From: a virus
Lineage: Duplodnaviria; Caudoviricetes
Reading direction: 5' to 3' (one strand)
Virus record (IMG/VR): IMGVR_UViG_2061766007_000705
DNA: 64,000 nucleotides
Shown here: positions 1 to 9,069 of the stretch, in pieces
Position numbering within the stretch: the stretch's first letter is position 1
Layout of the letters: the number at the start of each line of letters is the position of its first letter
The notes under the pieces: model-generated
What the model saw: the letters and a program-made list of their open reading frames with translations, nothing else
Told to the model about the DNA's origin: nothing
Database searches by the model: none
Position numbers and translations under genes: made by a program

Positions 1-160
1 AATTTTGAGCAATAATAACATCTGAGGTTTTTATTTCTTTAGTTGGCATATGAATTTCAAATAAGCCCATAGCGATAGACATTGAAAATCCAAATGATGC
101 CACAAACATACCTAATGCTCCACCAACTGCTAATGCTTTCAAACTTTTGCTTATACTCAT
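1..160 (-). CDS. Partial membrane-anchored or exported hypothetical protein (runs off the window)
   Basis: Hand translation from ATG at 160: MSISKSLKALAVGGALGMFVASFGFSMSIAMGLFEIH..., with a hydrophobic N-terminal segment; GGGGT RBS-like sequence and a sigmaA-type promoter upstream. Confidence 0.7.
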   Translation of the reverse strand, partial: MSISKSLKALAVGGALGMFVASFGFSMSIAMGLFEIHMPTKEIKTSDVIIAQN

Positions 161-201
161 TTATCTTACCCCGTTTCCAAATAATTTAACTTACAACAAC
201 C

Positions 202-230
202 ATTATAACACAAAGTCTCTCAAAAATCAA
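202..230 (-). promoter_or_regulatory. SigmaA-type promoter
   Basis: TTGATT-17 bp-TATAAT with extended TG. Confidence 0.65.
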
Positions 231-247
231 GAGACTTTGTGCTTTTT
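209..247. terminator. Hairpin, probable terminator, overlapping the promoter
   Basis: CACAAAGTCTCT/AGAGACTTTGTG 12-bp stem just downstream of the 262..924 gene. Confidence 0.6.
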
Positions 248-261
248 ATTATGTTTTTAAA

Positions 262-924
262 TTATTCTTCAACAACTGGTGCAGGTGGTTCAATTACTTC
301 AACCTTAAGTGGACTTTCACATTCGCATCTTGCTTCATTGAGTTGGAATTTAATTGTAAACTTTGTATTGTAAGGACATTCTGGATTTGTACAAGTATAC
401 TTATACTTTGTAACTTGTTCTCTTTCCTTCTTTTCTTCTTCTGGGTATCTTGCAAAAATTGAGAAATCATCAAATTCACTTTCGTGTGCTTCATACACTT
501 CCTTACCCTTTGCATTAAGTATAGTCATACCATAACCATACTTCTTATCCTTTGTACCACAATCAAGACCATGTTCTTCTGCAACCGTCTTAAATTCTTC
601 TGTATGATTAACACCCTTATCATTTTTTGTATCGGTATAACCATAAATACGAGCAAACAGATGACAACATTCGTGAAGTAAAGCAGTAAATACCTTCTGT
701 TTATCATTGTTAAAGTACTCACTTGCAATATTAATTTCGTAAGCGACTTCACCAGTTTCCTTATCAACCCAAACCGTAGTAAGAGAAGTCGAACCACTTT
801 CGCCCTTCTTACTCTGTCCGATAGTAAAAATCGGTCTGCTTGTTAAATCGTTTTCATAAATTTCTTCATTGATTACATCAAACATCTTTTCTAATGTATC
901 AATATACTTTGCTACTGAAACCAT
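262..924 (-). CDS. SprT-like zinc metalloprotease domain protein
   Basis: HExxH motif (LLHECCH), downstream H (NHTEEFK), C-terminal Cys cluster. Confidence 0.7.
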   Translation of the reverse strand: MVSVAKYIDTLEKMFDVINEEIYENDLTSRPIFTIGQSKKGESGSTSLTTVWVDKETGEVAYEINIASEYFNNDKQKVFTALLHECCHLFARIYGYTDTKNDKGVNHTEEFKTVAEEHGLDCGTKDKKYGYGMTILNAKGKEVYEAHESEFDDFSIFARYPEEEKKEREQVTKYKYTCTNPECPYNTKFTIKFQLNEARCECESPLKVEVIEPPAPVVEE

Positions 925-949
925 ACAATCATCCTTTCTTTATATTAAA

Positions 950-1303
950 TTAAGCGCTAACTATATCGTCAACACTCCATAACCACTTTGGTTGAGAAGT
1001 ATCTTCTGCTAAACAAATGTATCCTCTATTAGAATAAGGTTGTTCATATTCTACTGTAAACGTTTCATCCTTATGAATGTTTAACCATTCAATTAACTTT
1101 GGATTAATTCTGTCTATGTTGTGATGTTCAGCCCAAGCATCATAATTAATTTTGACTGATTGTCCTTCCTTAAAAGGATTTGCATATTTACCTTCATATC
1201 TTTCAATAAGGCTCTGTCGTTCTTTTTTATCATATCCTTGTGCTACAAGCATCTTTTTAATTTCTTTCACTCTATTTCTTCTATCCTTGCGATTCATTGG
1301 CAA
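950..1303 (-). CDS. Hypothetical phage protein
   Basis: ORF with an MNRKDRR N-terminus common in phage proteins; overlaps the upstream gene. Confidence 0.65.
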   Translation of the reverse strand: MPMNRKDRRNRVKEIKKMLVAQGYDKKERQSLIERYEGKYANPFKEGQSVKINYDAWAEHHNIDRINPKLIEWLNIHKDETFTVEYEQPYSNRGYICLAEDTSQPKWLWSVDDIVSA

Positions 1304-1979
1304 TCCTTTCTTCTAAAAAGTCTAAGAATTTATCATATAGACCTATATATATAATGAACTCTTTTAATGTCATTCTTAATGCTTTGCGCTCTTTAAGAAT
1401 ATCATAATCTTTACCCTTTATTTCGTGAATTACATCACAAAAATCAGATGTGCATTTTTTAATGAATTGTGCGATTTTCATATTATCATCTATATTAAGA
1501 GTACTAATGATATTTCTATATCTTTCTAATTGCTTATCAGAAACATTATGAGATACTTTTTTAGGCAAATTCTTTGGTGAATAAGGACTAATTTTTGCAC
1601 CACCTTCATATGGTTTAATAATGGTAAAAATTTTATCCAAATCCTTTTCGTAAAAGTAAATAAGATAATCCCAAGGACTTATATCGTCTACTTCAAACCA
1701 AACATCTTTATATTGTTTTTTTAATTCTTCAACGATAATTTTGCCCTTTGGTCTTTTGCAATAAATGTAAAACTTAACACCGTTTTCATCATAGTCGTAT
1801 GTGTGTCGTACTTCACAATTGCTATAACAAGGAATATATAAATCATCATATGAATCATCTAATTTACCAAAAATATCATAGACAAAATCTTCTTCCAATG
1901 TTAGATGTGCCTTTACTCTATATTTACCAACATATTTTAGCAAATATCTAAAAGTATCTATTTCCTTCAACTTAATCAC
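1281..1979 (-). CDS. Hypothetical phage protein
   Basis: 232-aa ORF closely coupled to recD2. Confidence 0.7.
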   Translation of the reverse strand: MIKLKEIDTFRYLLKYVGKYRVKAHLTLEEDFVYDIFGKLDDSYDDLYIPCYSNCEVRHTYDYDENGVKFYIYCKRPKGKIIVEELKKQYKDVWFEVDDISPWDYLIYFYEKDLDKIFTIIKPYEGGAKISPYSPKNLPKKVSHNVSDKQLERYRNIISTLNIDDNMKIAQFIKKCTSDFCDVIHEIKGKDYDILKERKALRMTLKEFIIYIGLYDKFLDFLEERIANESQG

Positions 1980-1980
1980 C

Positions 1981-4218
1981 TTATCCTTTCAACATATTGG
2001 TGCATTGCCAAAATGTTAATCTATTTTCTGCCAAACGATTTTTAACACCCATACTAAAAGCATATGGTTGTGCTACCATTATACACTTTTCCGATGCTCT
2101 TGTCAAGGCAGTATATACTAAATTATTATTTAACATTATATAATGACTCTTTTCAAGACCAATAATACCAATTGGAATTTCTGAACCTTGTATTTTATGA
2201 ATTGTCAAGGCATAGGCTAATTCAAGATTAGCCAATTCAGACCTATCAAATTCTGCAATTTTACCATTACCAAAATCAACAATAACACTTAAATCAGATT
2301 TTTCCCTACAAATATCAATTAATTTACCAGTTTCGCCATTAAGAACACCCTTTTCGCCATTAAGACATTCTTTGCGATAATCATTAACTGTATTAATTAT
2401 TTTGCAACCGATTCTAAATATCTTTTCGCCATATGTAACAGTATTAATTGTAGTGTCAGAAATCAACTTATTTAATATAATCTTATTGATATTATTTGTA
2501 GACAATGTACAATTGGATTTACGTGGAAGAATGATACTTACGTCATCTATGGTATATCCTTTATCTAAATAACCCATATACAAATTAATAATTGTGTTTG
2601 CTATATCATCTTTATCTTCCTTAAAGAGATAAATCATATCTTCCTTTTCACCTGATACGTGCATAGATTCTTTAATTTCAAAAGGCATATGTGCCTCTCT
2701 AATATTGTTGGCATCAGAAATAATACCACTTTCTTGTGCTTGTCTAAATACCTTTGTTAACTGAACATTCTTAAATGGATGATTTAATTTCATCAAATCA
2801 ACAAATAAGTTGCCTGCACCGATAGGTGGTAATTGTTTATGGTCTCCAATCATAACAACTTTACAAGTATTAGGAATCGCTTTCATCAAATGATAAAACA
2901 AACTTGTATTAACCATTGACATTTCATCTATGATTAATAATTGAGTATCCTTCTGATTTTTTTCATTAAATTGAAATTGAATACCATCATACATCAGAAA
3001 TCTATGTATTGTTTGTGCTGGATAATGCGTTACTTCTTCTGTTCTACGAGCTGCTTTTGCGGAAAAAGCTACAATACTTATCTCTGCATTATTGTAACCA
3101 TAAGCACCCAATATTGCCTTAAGTGTTGTTGTTTTACCACAACCTGCTTTACCACTTATAATTAATACATTATTTGTTTTAATTGATTTTACTGCTTCTA
3201 ATTGTTCATCAGAAGGAATATAACCCAACCAATCTTTAATAGTGTTAAGTCTATCGTCTACATCAACATCAATACTTGAATGTTCATTATTAATTACATT
3301 TAACTTATCCCAAATATATTTTTCCATTTGGTAATAAGCATAAAGACCGACTTTATTATCACAAATATATAATACTTTAGGATTTAATTTTTCATCAGCA
3401 ATAAATCTTGAATATACTTCATATATATCACCTGTTCCAAGTAATGTCTTAACTTTATCATCAAGAAATTTCATTGTAGACATAGTACTTCCATTGTCTT
3501 CGCCCTCTTTCATAAGAACACTAACAACGCAAGCCATTACTCTATGAACAGATAATTTAAGTGCAGGATTAAGATTAAGTGCAAATTTATCTACTTTAGA
3601 AAATGTCAATCCTCTTACTCTACCAATTAATTGATAAGGATTATCCATTAATTTCTTTTTAAGCAAGATAGGATTTGTTTCTTTTGTAGCAATATTCTTA
3701 ATCATTGTAAATGACACACCCAAAGGAGAAAGCAAAGCCAAAATGTCTGCTAAAGCATAAGTTTCAACAATTTTTTCTTTAATTTTGGCAAACGATTTCG
3801 CTTTAATTCCTTTAAGGATATTAAAATCTGGTTCCCAAGATGTATCTTGTATTATATTATTTACAATATCTGGATACTTATCCAATAAAATATCTGTTTG
3901 ACTTTCAGTTAAAATTGACAAAAGATAATCTCTTGTTTCATCAATGGTTTTAGGAATATCTTTTGAAGCATTTTTAATCTTAAATTGCCAACCATATTTT
4001 TTATTTTCGACCAAATCAGCATCTATTTTGTACGTATTATCAATCGCCAATCTTTGAACATTGCCAACAATAGTAGTATGATACTGTTTTTGTCCAAGTA
4101 CAACAATGCCCTCTGTATGCGGTAACTCTGTATCAGAAATTACCGCATAAATACCATAATTAGAGGTTTCATTATAATATAATTCTCTTGTAATGCAAGC
4201 ATTGAATTGATATGACAT
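1981..4218 (-). CDS. recD2: RecD2-like SF1B helicase
   Basis: Walker A SGKAGCGKTT, IIDEMSMV, GDHKQLPPIGAG, AYALTIHKIQGSE, YTALTRA; N-terminal HhH-like region; start moved to MSYQF after an AAAGGA RBS. Confidence 0.92.
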   Translation of the reverse strand: MSYQFNACITRELYYNETSNYGIYAVISDTELPHTEGIVVLGQKQYHTTIVGNVQRLAIDNTYKIDADLVENKKYGWQFKIKNASKDIPKTIDETRDYLLSILTESQTDILLDKYPDIVNNIIQDTSWEPDFNILKGIKAKSFAKIKEKIVETYALADILALLSPLGVSFTMIKNIATKETNPILLKKKLMDNPYQLIGRVRGLTFSKVDKFALNLNPALKLSVHRVMACVVSVLMKEGEDNGSTMSTMKFLDDKVKTLLGTGDIYEVYSRFIADEKLNPKVLYICDNKVGLYAYYQMEKYIWDKLNVINNEHSSIDVDVDDRLNTIKDWLGYIPSDEQLEAVKSIKTNNVLIISGKAGCGKTTTLKAILGAYGYNNAEISIVAFSAKAARRTEEVTHYPAQTIHRFLMYDGIQFQFNEKNQKDTQLLIIDEMSMVNTSLFYHLMKAIPNTCKVVMIGDHKQLPPIGAGNLFVDLMKLNHPFKNVQLTKVFRQAQESGIISDANNIREAHMPFEIKESMHVSGEKEDMIYLFKEDKDDIANTIINLYMGYLDKGYTIDDVSIILPRKSNCTLSTNNINKIILNKLISDTTINTVTYGEKIFRIGCKIINTVNDYRKECLNGEKGVLNGETGKLIDICREKSDLSVIVDFGNGKIAEFDRSELANLELAYALTIHKIQGSEIPIGIIGLEKSHYIMLNNNLVYTALTRASEKCIMVAQPYAFSMGVKNRLAENRLTFWQCTNMLKG

Positions 4219-4240
4219 TTGATTTCCTTTCATTTTATTT

Positions 4241-4420
4241 ATTACATCTTACAGTATATCGTGAACTACCCATCACCTAAAGGTAATGGGCTTCTAAGAG
4301 CCTAACGACTCTATTTAAGAAGTTTGATATTTAAGTTTCCACCTGAAATATCAGGCAATCCTTATTCTTACGGGCGTGTCCACTTCACCCCTAGCGTATA
4401 GTCCGTCTAAGGACACAACG
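4241..4420 (-). ncRNA. Putative TnpB omegaRNA (right-end scaffold plus guide GAUAUACUGUAAGAUGUAAU)
   Basis: Established TnpB architecture: scaffold overlaps the tnpB 3' end and the guide is the flank beyond the TCAC end; 5' limit approximate. Confidence 0.6.
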
Positions 4421-5657
4421 TTACTTTTTCTTAAAATATTCAATGCACCATTGACATCTGCGTTAAGCAATATTCCGTCAGCAGTTTTGTACAATCCTCT
4501 TCGTATGCGTACTCCGCTAAATTTATAGGACTGTGGATTGTCTGCATTATAGACAGGAATATTATCTTTATCCCAAAATGATGCCTTTGACGTATAACTT
4601 TCTTCCTGTTTTACGAATGCAATGCTATTTAGTTCACAAAGATACTCTAATTTAGAGCGCAGTTGTCCGTATGGAATATTTACGAAATTTTGATTATTTC
4701 TTTTTCCCATATCAGTACCACGTTGGAATGTTTCGTTATAGCCAAGCACAAGAGTTCCTATATCATTAGATATACAATAGTCTATGATTTTACGAGCAGT
4801 CTTGTTCATATAATCATTAACTTTATTGTTTCTATCTCTGGTATTATCTTTTTGTCTGTTAGTTGGTCTATAGCCCAAATGTTGTTTGTCTTTAATTGAC
4901 TGCAACTGAGCATTACGCTTGTTATACCACTGATTGATAGATTTAAGTCGTTTTCCATCTATGATGAATGACTTACCTTCGCTTGATACGGCAGTTACGA
5001 GATTATTTATTCCCAAGTCTAAAACTAGTGCATTGTTTTGATTTAGATTTCTTTGAATATTTTCAGTTTCATATATGTACTGTATCTCAAAGAACCTAGC
5101 ATTTGCCTTTGGTATTATACGTATCTCTTTAACTTTTTTATCAAGCAGTACAGGTGGTATTGTGATTTCAACAGGTTTATGTAATTTCTTAAAACTGTTA
5201 GAAAATGGAAGTATTAACTTATTTCCATTAAGTCTTACAAAACCTATGACAAGTGTTGTATATCCATCTTTAGGAAGATAATGTGGCAATTTGCAATCCT
5301 TAAAAGTATATTTACCTTGTTTAGCCAGTTTTAAGAGTCCAAAGAACGATTTGAAAGAACCATCAACTTCTTTAAGGATTTGTTGTGCTATATTGGAATT
5401 TAATGATTTATAGTTAGGACTATTCTTCAATAGGGCATAATTCTTTTCGTATTTAAGATATTCTCCTTCAGTAAAGTAATACTGTCGCACATTGTAAATA
5501 GCTTCGTTAGCAAGATTTTTTGCAGTATGACACAATTCTCTTATTGTAAGATACTCTTCCTTAGACAGATGCTTGACTTGTTGTTTTACAGTAAGATACA
5601 TGCAGATTTCTCCTTTCATAGACTCGTAAATAAGATTTCCTGTATGTATATTATATC
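4261..5657 (-). mobile_element. Non-autonomous IS200/IS605 (IS1341-like) tnpB-only element
   Basis: Right-end hairpin CCCATTACCT-TT-AGGTGATGGG, then TAGTTCAC ending at 4261; no tnpA; left boundary inferred next to TTTAT (5658-5662). Confidence 0.8.
4351..5601 (-). CDS. tnpB: RNA-guided endonuclease TnpB (IS200/IS605 family)
   Basis: LDLGINNL (RuvC-I), QEESYTSK, NADVNGALNI (RuvC-III); start MYLTVKQ after AAAGGAG. Confidence 0.93.
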   Translation of the reverse strand: MYLTVKQQVKHLSKEEYLTIRELCHTAKNLANEAIYNVRQYYFTEGEYLKYEKNYALLKNSPNYKSLNSNIAQQILKEVDGSFKSFFGLLKLAKQGKYTFKDCKLPHYLPKDGYTTLVIGFVRLNGNKLILPFSNSFKKLHKPVEITIPPVLLDKKVKEIRIIPKANARFFEIQYIYETENIQRNLNQNNALVLDLGINNLVTAVSSEGKSFIIDGKRLKSINQWYNKRNAQLQSIKDKQHLGYRPTNRQKDNTRDRNNKVNDYMNKTARKIIDYCISNDIGTLVLGYNETFQRGTDMGKRNNQNFVNIPYGQLRSKLEYLCELNSIAFVKQEESYTSKASFWDKDNIPVYNADNPQSYKFSGVRIRRGLYKTADGILLNADVNGALNILRKSNVVSLDGLYARGEVDTPVRIRIA

Positions 5658-5678
5658 ATAAAAACAATTATTTGTCAA
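5650..5678 (-). promoter_or_regulatory. Consensus sigmaA promoter for tnpB-recD2
   Basis: TTGACA-17 bp-TATAAT with extended TG. Confidence 0.85.
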
Positions 5679-5705
5679 GAAACTTTTAATATTTTTTTTA
5701 TGTTT

Positions 5706-8700
5706 TTAACCAATTAATTCATATTTTGTAATCACAATTTCTTGTTCGTTAGTTTTAACCCATTGTTCATTTATTTTCTTCATCTTATTTTGATACTTAA
5801 ATGCGATTGCATTAAATACATTACCTTCCTTAAAAGGTTGTTCAGAAAATAAATTATCATTATTTATTTTACCACTTATAATTTCACCAGAATGAAGATT
5901 ATATAAAGTTATATATGGTTTTAATGGATTCTTATATATCTTCATTGATTGTACAAGATACCAACCTTCAGGGGCTTCTTTATAAGTTGACTTAATATAA
6001 CCAAGTATTTCTATTTCAAAATGAACTTGTTGTTTGAGATTCAAACATTGATTTGGTAATTGATTCCAAATATCCATAAGCAACCCATATCCATTAATGC
6101 CACTGTATTGCTTTTCTGTTTCTTTTTCAGAATATTTAGCAACCAATTTTTCATTTAATCCTAAATCTTTTATCTTGTCTTTTTTAATTGTCTTACTATT
6201 TCTAACTTTCTGATAATATTGCCAAATACCATATAATTTTTTATTTAATCCAAATTCATCAAAATAATGAAGTACAATCAATGATTCTATTTGAGTTTTA
6301 TTGATTGTAGTGTTATTTGTAAGGTCATCTAACAAATCAATAAATGTATTATATTGATTGTCCTTAAGTTTATATAATTCTTCTGCTACATTATTACCAA
6401 AACCTTTTATATTGGATAAACAATCAGCAATACTATGGTCATCAATAACAGAAAATTTTCTATTGTCTTGTCTAAATTTAAATGGTACAATTTCTATACC
6501 AAATGCTCTTTTGGCTTCTTCTTTTGTTTTAATACTTCTATCTTTTTCACCACGTTCCATTAAAAGATTTAAGAATACCTCATAGAACTCTGTAGGATAA
6601 TGTGCTTTAAGATATGCTCCATAAAGACTATCAAAAGCCATTGAATAAGAGTGCGCAGAATTAAAAGAATATGCTGAACTGTCTTCAATAATTTGCCATA
6701 CACGATTTCCTATATCTATTGCAGATTGTTCTGTATAACCTTCTTCTTCAATTAATCTTTTTGCAAATCCTTCCATAAAATGGTCTTTGTGTTTCAAAAT
6801 CTTTTCCTTTTTCTTTTTACTAATCGCTTTAACAATTTCGTATGTATTATCCATTGGAATACCTGCATAACTAAGAATTTGCATAATATTCTCTTGATAA
6901 AGAATAAATGAATAAGGACTTTCTTTTGTTTGTATAATATTATCAATAGAAGGAATATTGTAACTAAATGGTTGTCTGCTTTCAAATATATTATACATAC
7001 TTTTGAACCCAGGTCTAATAGCTGCAATAAATGATGATAAATCACTAATACTATGAGGTTGATACCTCATAATTTTTTTCATAGCACCCTCTTGTTCAAC
7101 TTGATTAATACCCATTACATAACCTTTTGAGTATATTTCCCAAGTCTTATCGTCTTGTGCAACTAATTTAAGAAGTTCATTTGTATCTGGAACATCTTCA
7201 TTTTTAATTCCCAATCTATTAAACACTCTATATATTAATTGAATACTTGAAACTTTAAGAAGGTCTAATTTAAGAAATTTGTAATCATCACCCCAAACTT
7301 TATCAACAATGCAACATACATTCTCTTTACAACGAACCAATCCAATTTCTTCTTCAATATCGCCATTATATACCAATACTGCCGATGGTGCAATTTTCCA
7401 ATCGGAAATAATTCCTAAATATTTTCTACTCTTTTGGAACGTTTCGTGATATTGTTCATCTATGAAATCAAATACTGAAGGTGGTTCTTCATCTTCGTCA
7501 GAATGATATTTAACATAAGTTTCGTATTCTTCTATTTGCTTTGAAACTGCATTTGCAATCTCAAATGGAATTTCTGCTGATTTTGCATACATCTGCCAAG
7601 CTGCCTTAACTTTCATTGTTCCAAAAGCAACCATAGGAACACAATGTTTTTCACCAAAGAGGTCAACAAATGCTTTAATAAAAATATCTCTATCCGTGAT
7701 ATTGCAATCTATGTCTGCGAGCGTCCTAGCTTCAAGCATTCTGCTTTTTGACATAAACCTTTCAAAAAACAACGGTACAATAGATGAAATTCTATCTACT
7801 TTTGTTAAACCCAAAAGTTTATTACAATATGAACTGACAGCCGACCCTCTCCCAGAGGGTGTTATGACACCGCCAAGTTCAACTCCGTGTTTAATTCCTT
7901 CATAATATAATAGAAAATAATCTGCATGGTCTACATCAATGATAGTTTGAAGTTCTCTTTTAATTTCATCTTCGTAATGTTTCCATTGTTCTTTTGGAAT
8001 TTTTTCTCTTTCTTTAAGCCAATTATCGTGAACAAGAGTTGCTAACTTAAGATTTTTCTCTTTCTTTGACAAGTTAGGATACAATGTAGGCATTTTAATA
8101 TCTGTATTGAAAATAGGACAATCGTATTCTTCTACTTGCTCAAAGATATTTGTGTTGTTAATTGCCTCATATATTTCTTCATCAGATAATACACCTTGTA
8201 TTTTAAATCGTTTAATAGCAGTTTCTACATCAGGATAATCAAGATACCAATTTTCTTCTTGTGGATATTCAATACCTTTACTCTTAAGATAATCAGTACG
8301 TTCCCAAGCAGTATCGCTATCAATATAATGAGAGTCGCAACCCATTATAATTTTACAATTTAACAATTTACTCCAATCAAGAAGCATCTTATTCCATTGT
8401 TTTTGACTATCTGTATCGTGATATTGAACTTCTAAAAAGAAATTATCACCAAAATGTTCAGCAAAATCTTGGGTAATACGAAACGTTTCTTCAAATCCAT
8501 ATCCATTATATGCCACACAGGCTGATGTAACCCACACATCATTTGGTGGCAAAGATAAAATCTGATTTACATCAACACGTGTTCTATAGTAAAAACCATC
8601 TTTTGCAGATTGAGACAATATACGATTAATAGCCCTTCTTCCATTTTCATTTCTGGCCAGTAAAACAATATGATTATTTGTTTTATCTTTTTTACCATTA

Positions 8701-8978
8701 TCGTCTAAATTACCATCATCGTCATATGTTGCTAATCTGTCTTTAACCCAATATGCTTCTACACCATAAAGCATTTTCAGATTATATTTTTTTGCCATTT
8801 CATATGAATTAATAAAAAATCCTTGCCAACCGTGTTCAACTGTTGATAAAACTTTTTGACTTAATTCAACTGCTCTTTTAGCATAATTTTCAATAGTTTC
8901 AACAGAATCTGGAACAATGGTATTAGTCCACATAGAGTGTTTATGATAATTTACAAAATTTAAATTGCCAAAATCCAT
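5706..8978 (-). CDS. dnaE: Phage DNA polymerase III alpha subunit (family C)
   Basis: PHP domain (NYHKHS, DSHY), GRGSAVSS, ADID, LKLDLL, AAIRPG, YSFNSAHS; start MDFGNL after AGAAAGGA. Confidence 0.93.
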   Translation of the reverse strand: MDFGNLNFVNYHKHSMWTNTIVPDSVETIENYAKRAVELSQKVLSTVEHGWQGFFINSYEMAKKYNLKMLYGVEAYWVKDRLATYDDDGNLDDNGKKDKTNNHIVLLARNENGRRAINRILSQSAKDGFYYRTRVDVNQILSLPPNDVWVTSACVAYNGYGFEETFRITQDFAEHFGDNFFLEVQYHDTDSQKQWNKMLLDWSKLLNCKIIMGCDSHYIDSDTAWERTDYLKSKGIEYPQEENWYLDYPDVETAIKRFKIQGVLSDEEIYEAINNTNIFEQVEEYDCPIFNTDIKMPTLYPNLSKKEKNLKLATLVHDNWLKEREKIPKEQWKHYEDEIKRELQTIIDVDHADYFLLYYEGIKHGVELGGVITPSGRGSAVSSYCNKLLGLTKVDRISSIVPLFFERFMSKSRMLEARTLADIDCNITDRDIFIKAFVDLFGEKHCVPMVAFGTMKVKAAWQMYAKSAEIPFEIANAVSKQIEEYETYVKYHSDEDEEPPSVFDFIDEQYHETFQKSRKYLGIISDWKIAPSAVLVYNGDIEEEIGLVRCKENVCCIVDKVWGDDYKFLKLDLLKVSSIQLIYRVFNRLGIKNEDVPDTNELLKLVAQDDKTWEIYSKGYVMGINQVEQEGAMKKIMRYQPHSISDLSSFIAAIRPGFKSMYNIFESRQPFSYNIPSIDNIIQTKESPYSFILYQENIMQILSYAGIPMDNTYEIVKAISKKKKEKILKHKDHFMEGFAKRLIEEEGYTEQSAIDIGNRVWQIIEDSSAYSFNSAHSYSMAFDSLYGAYLKAHYPTEFYEVFLNLLMERGEKDRSIKTKEEAKRAFGIEIVPFKFRQDNRKFSVIDDHSIADCLSNIKGFGNNVAEELYKLKDNQYNTFIDLLDDLTNNTTINKTQIESLIVLHYFDEFGLNKKLYGIWQYYQKVRNSKTIKKDKIKDLGLNEKLVAKYSEKETEKQYSGINGYGLLMDIWNQLPNQCLNLKQQVHFEIEILGYIKSTYKEAPEGWYLVQSMKIYKNPLKPYITLYNLHSGEIISGKINNDNLFSEQPFKEGNVFNAIAFKYQNKMKKINEQWVKTNEQEIVITKYELIG

Positions 8979-9027
8979 AAATTGATTATCCTTTCTTCTT
9001 AGTAAAATTGGGCTTATTGCAATATAT

Positions 9028-9056
9028 ATTATACCACAAGTAAGCCCAAATGTCAA
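9028..9056 (-). promoter_or_regulatory. Consensus sigmaA promoter of dnaE, with an inverted repeat around the -10
   Basis: TTGACA-17 bp-TATAAT; inverted repeat TTGGGCTTA (9008-9016) / TAAGCCCAA (9041-9049). Confidence 0.85.
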
Positions 9057-9069
9057 GGTATTTAAGGTA

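Noticed and set aside
2331-2365. 14-bp direct repeat in recD2 (LNGE duplicated)
   Set aside because: Small in-frame duplication with no evident function
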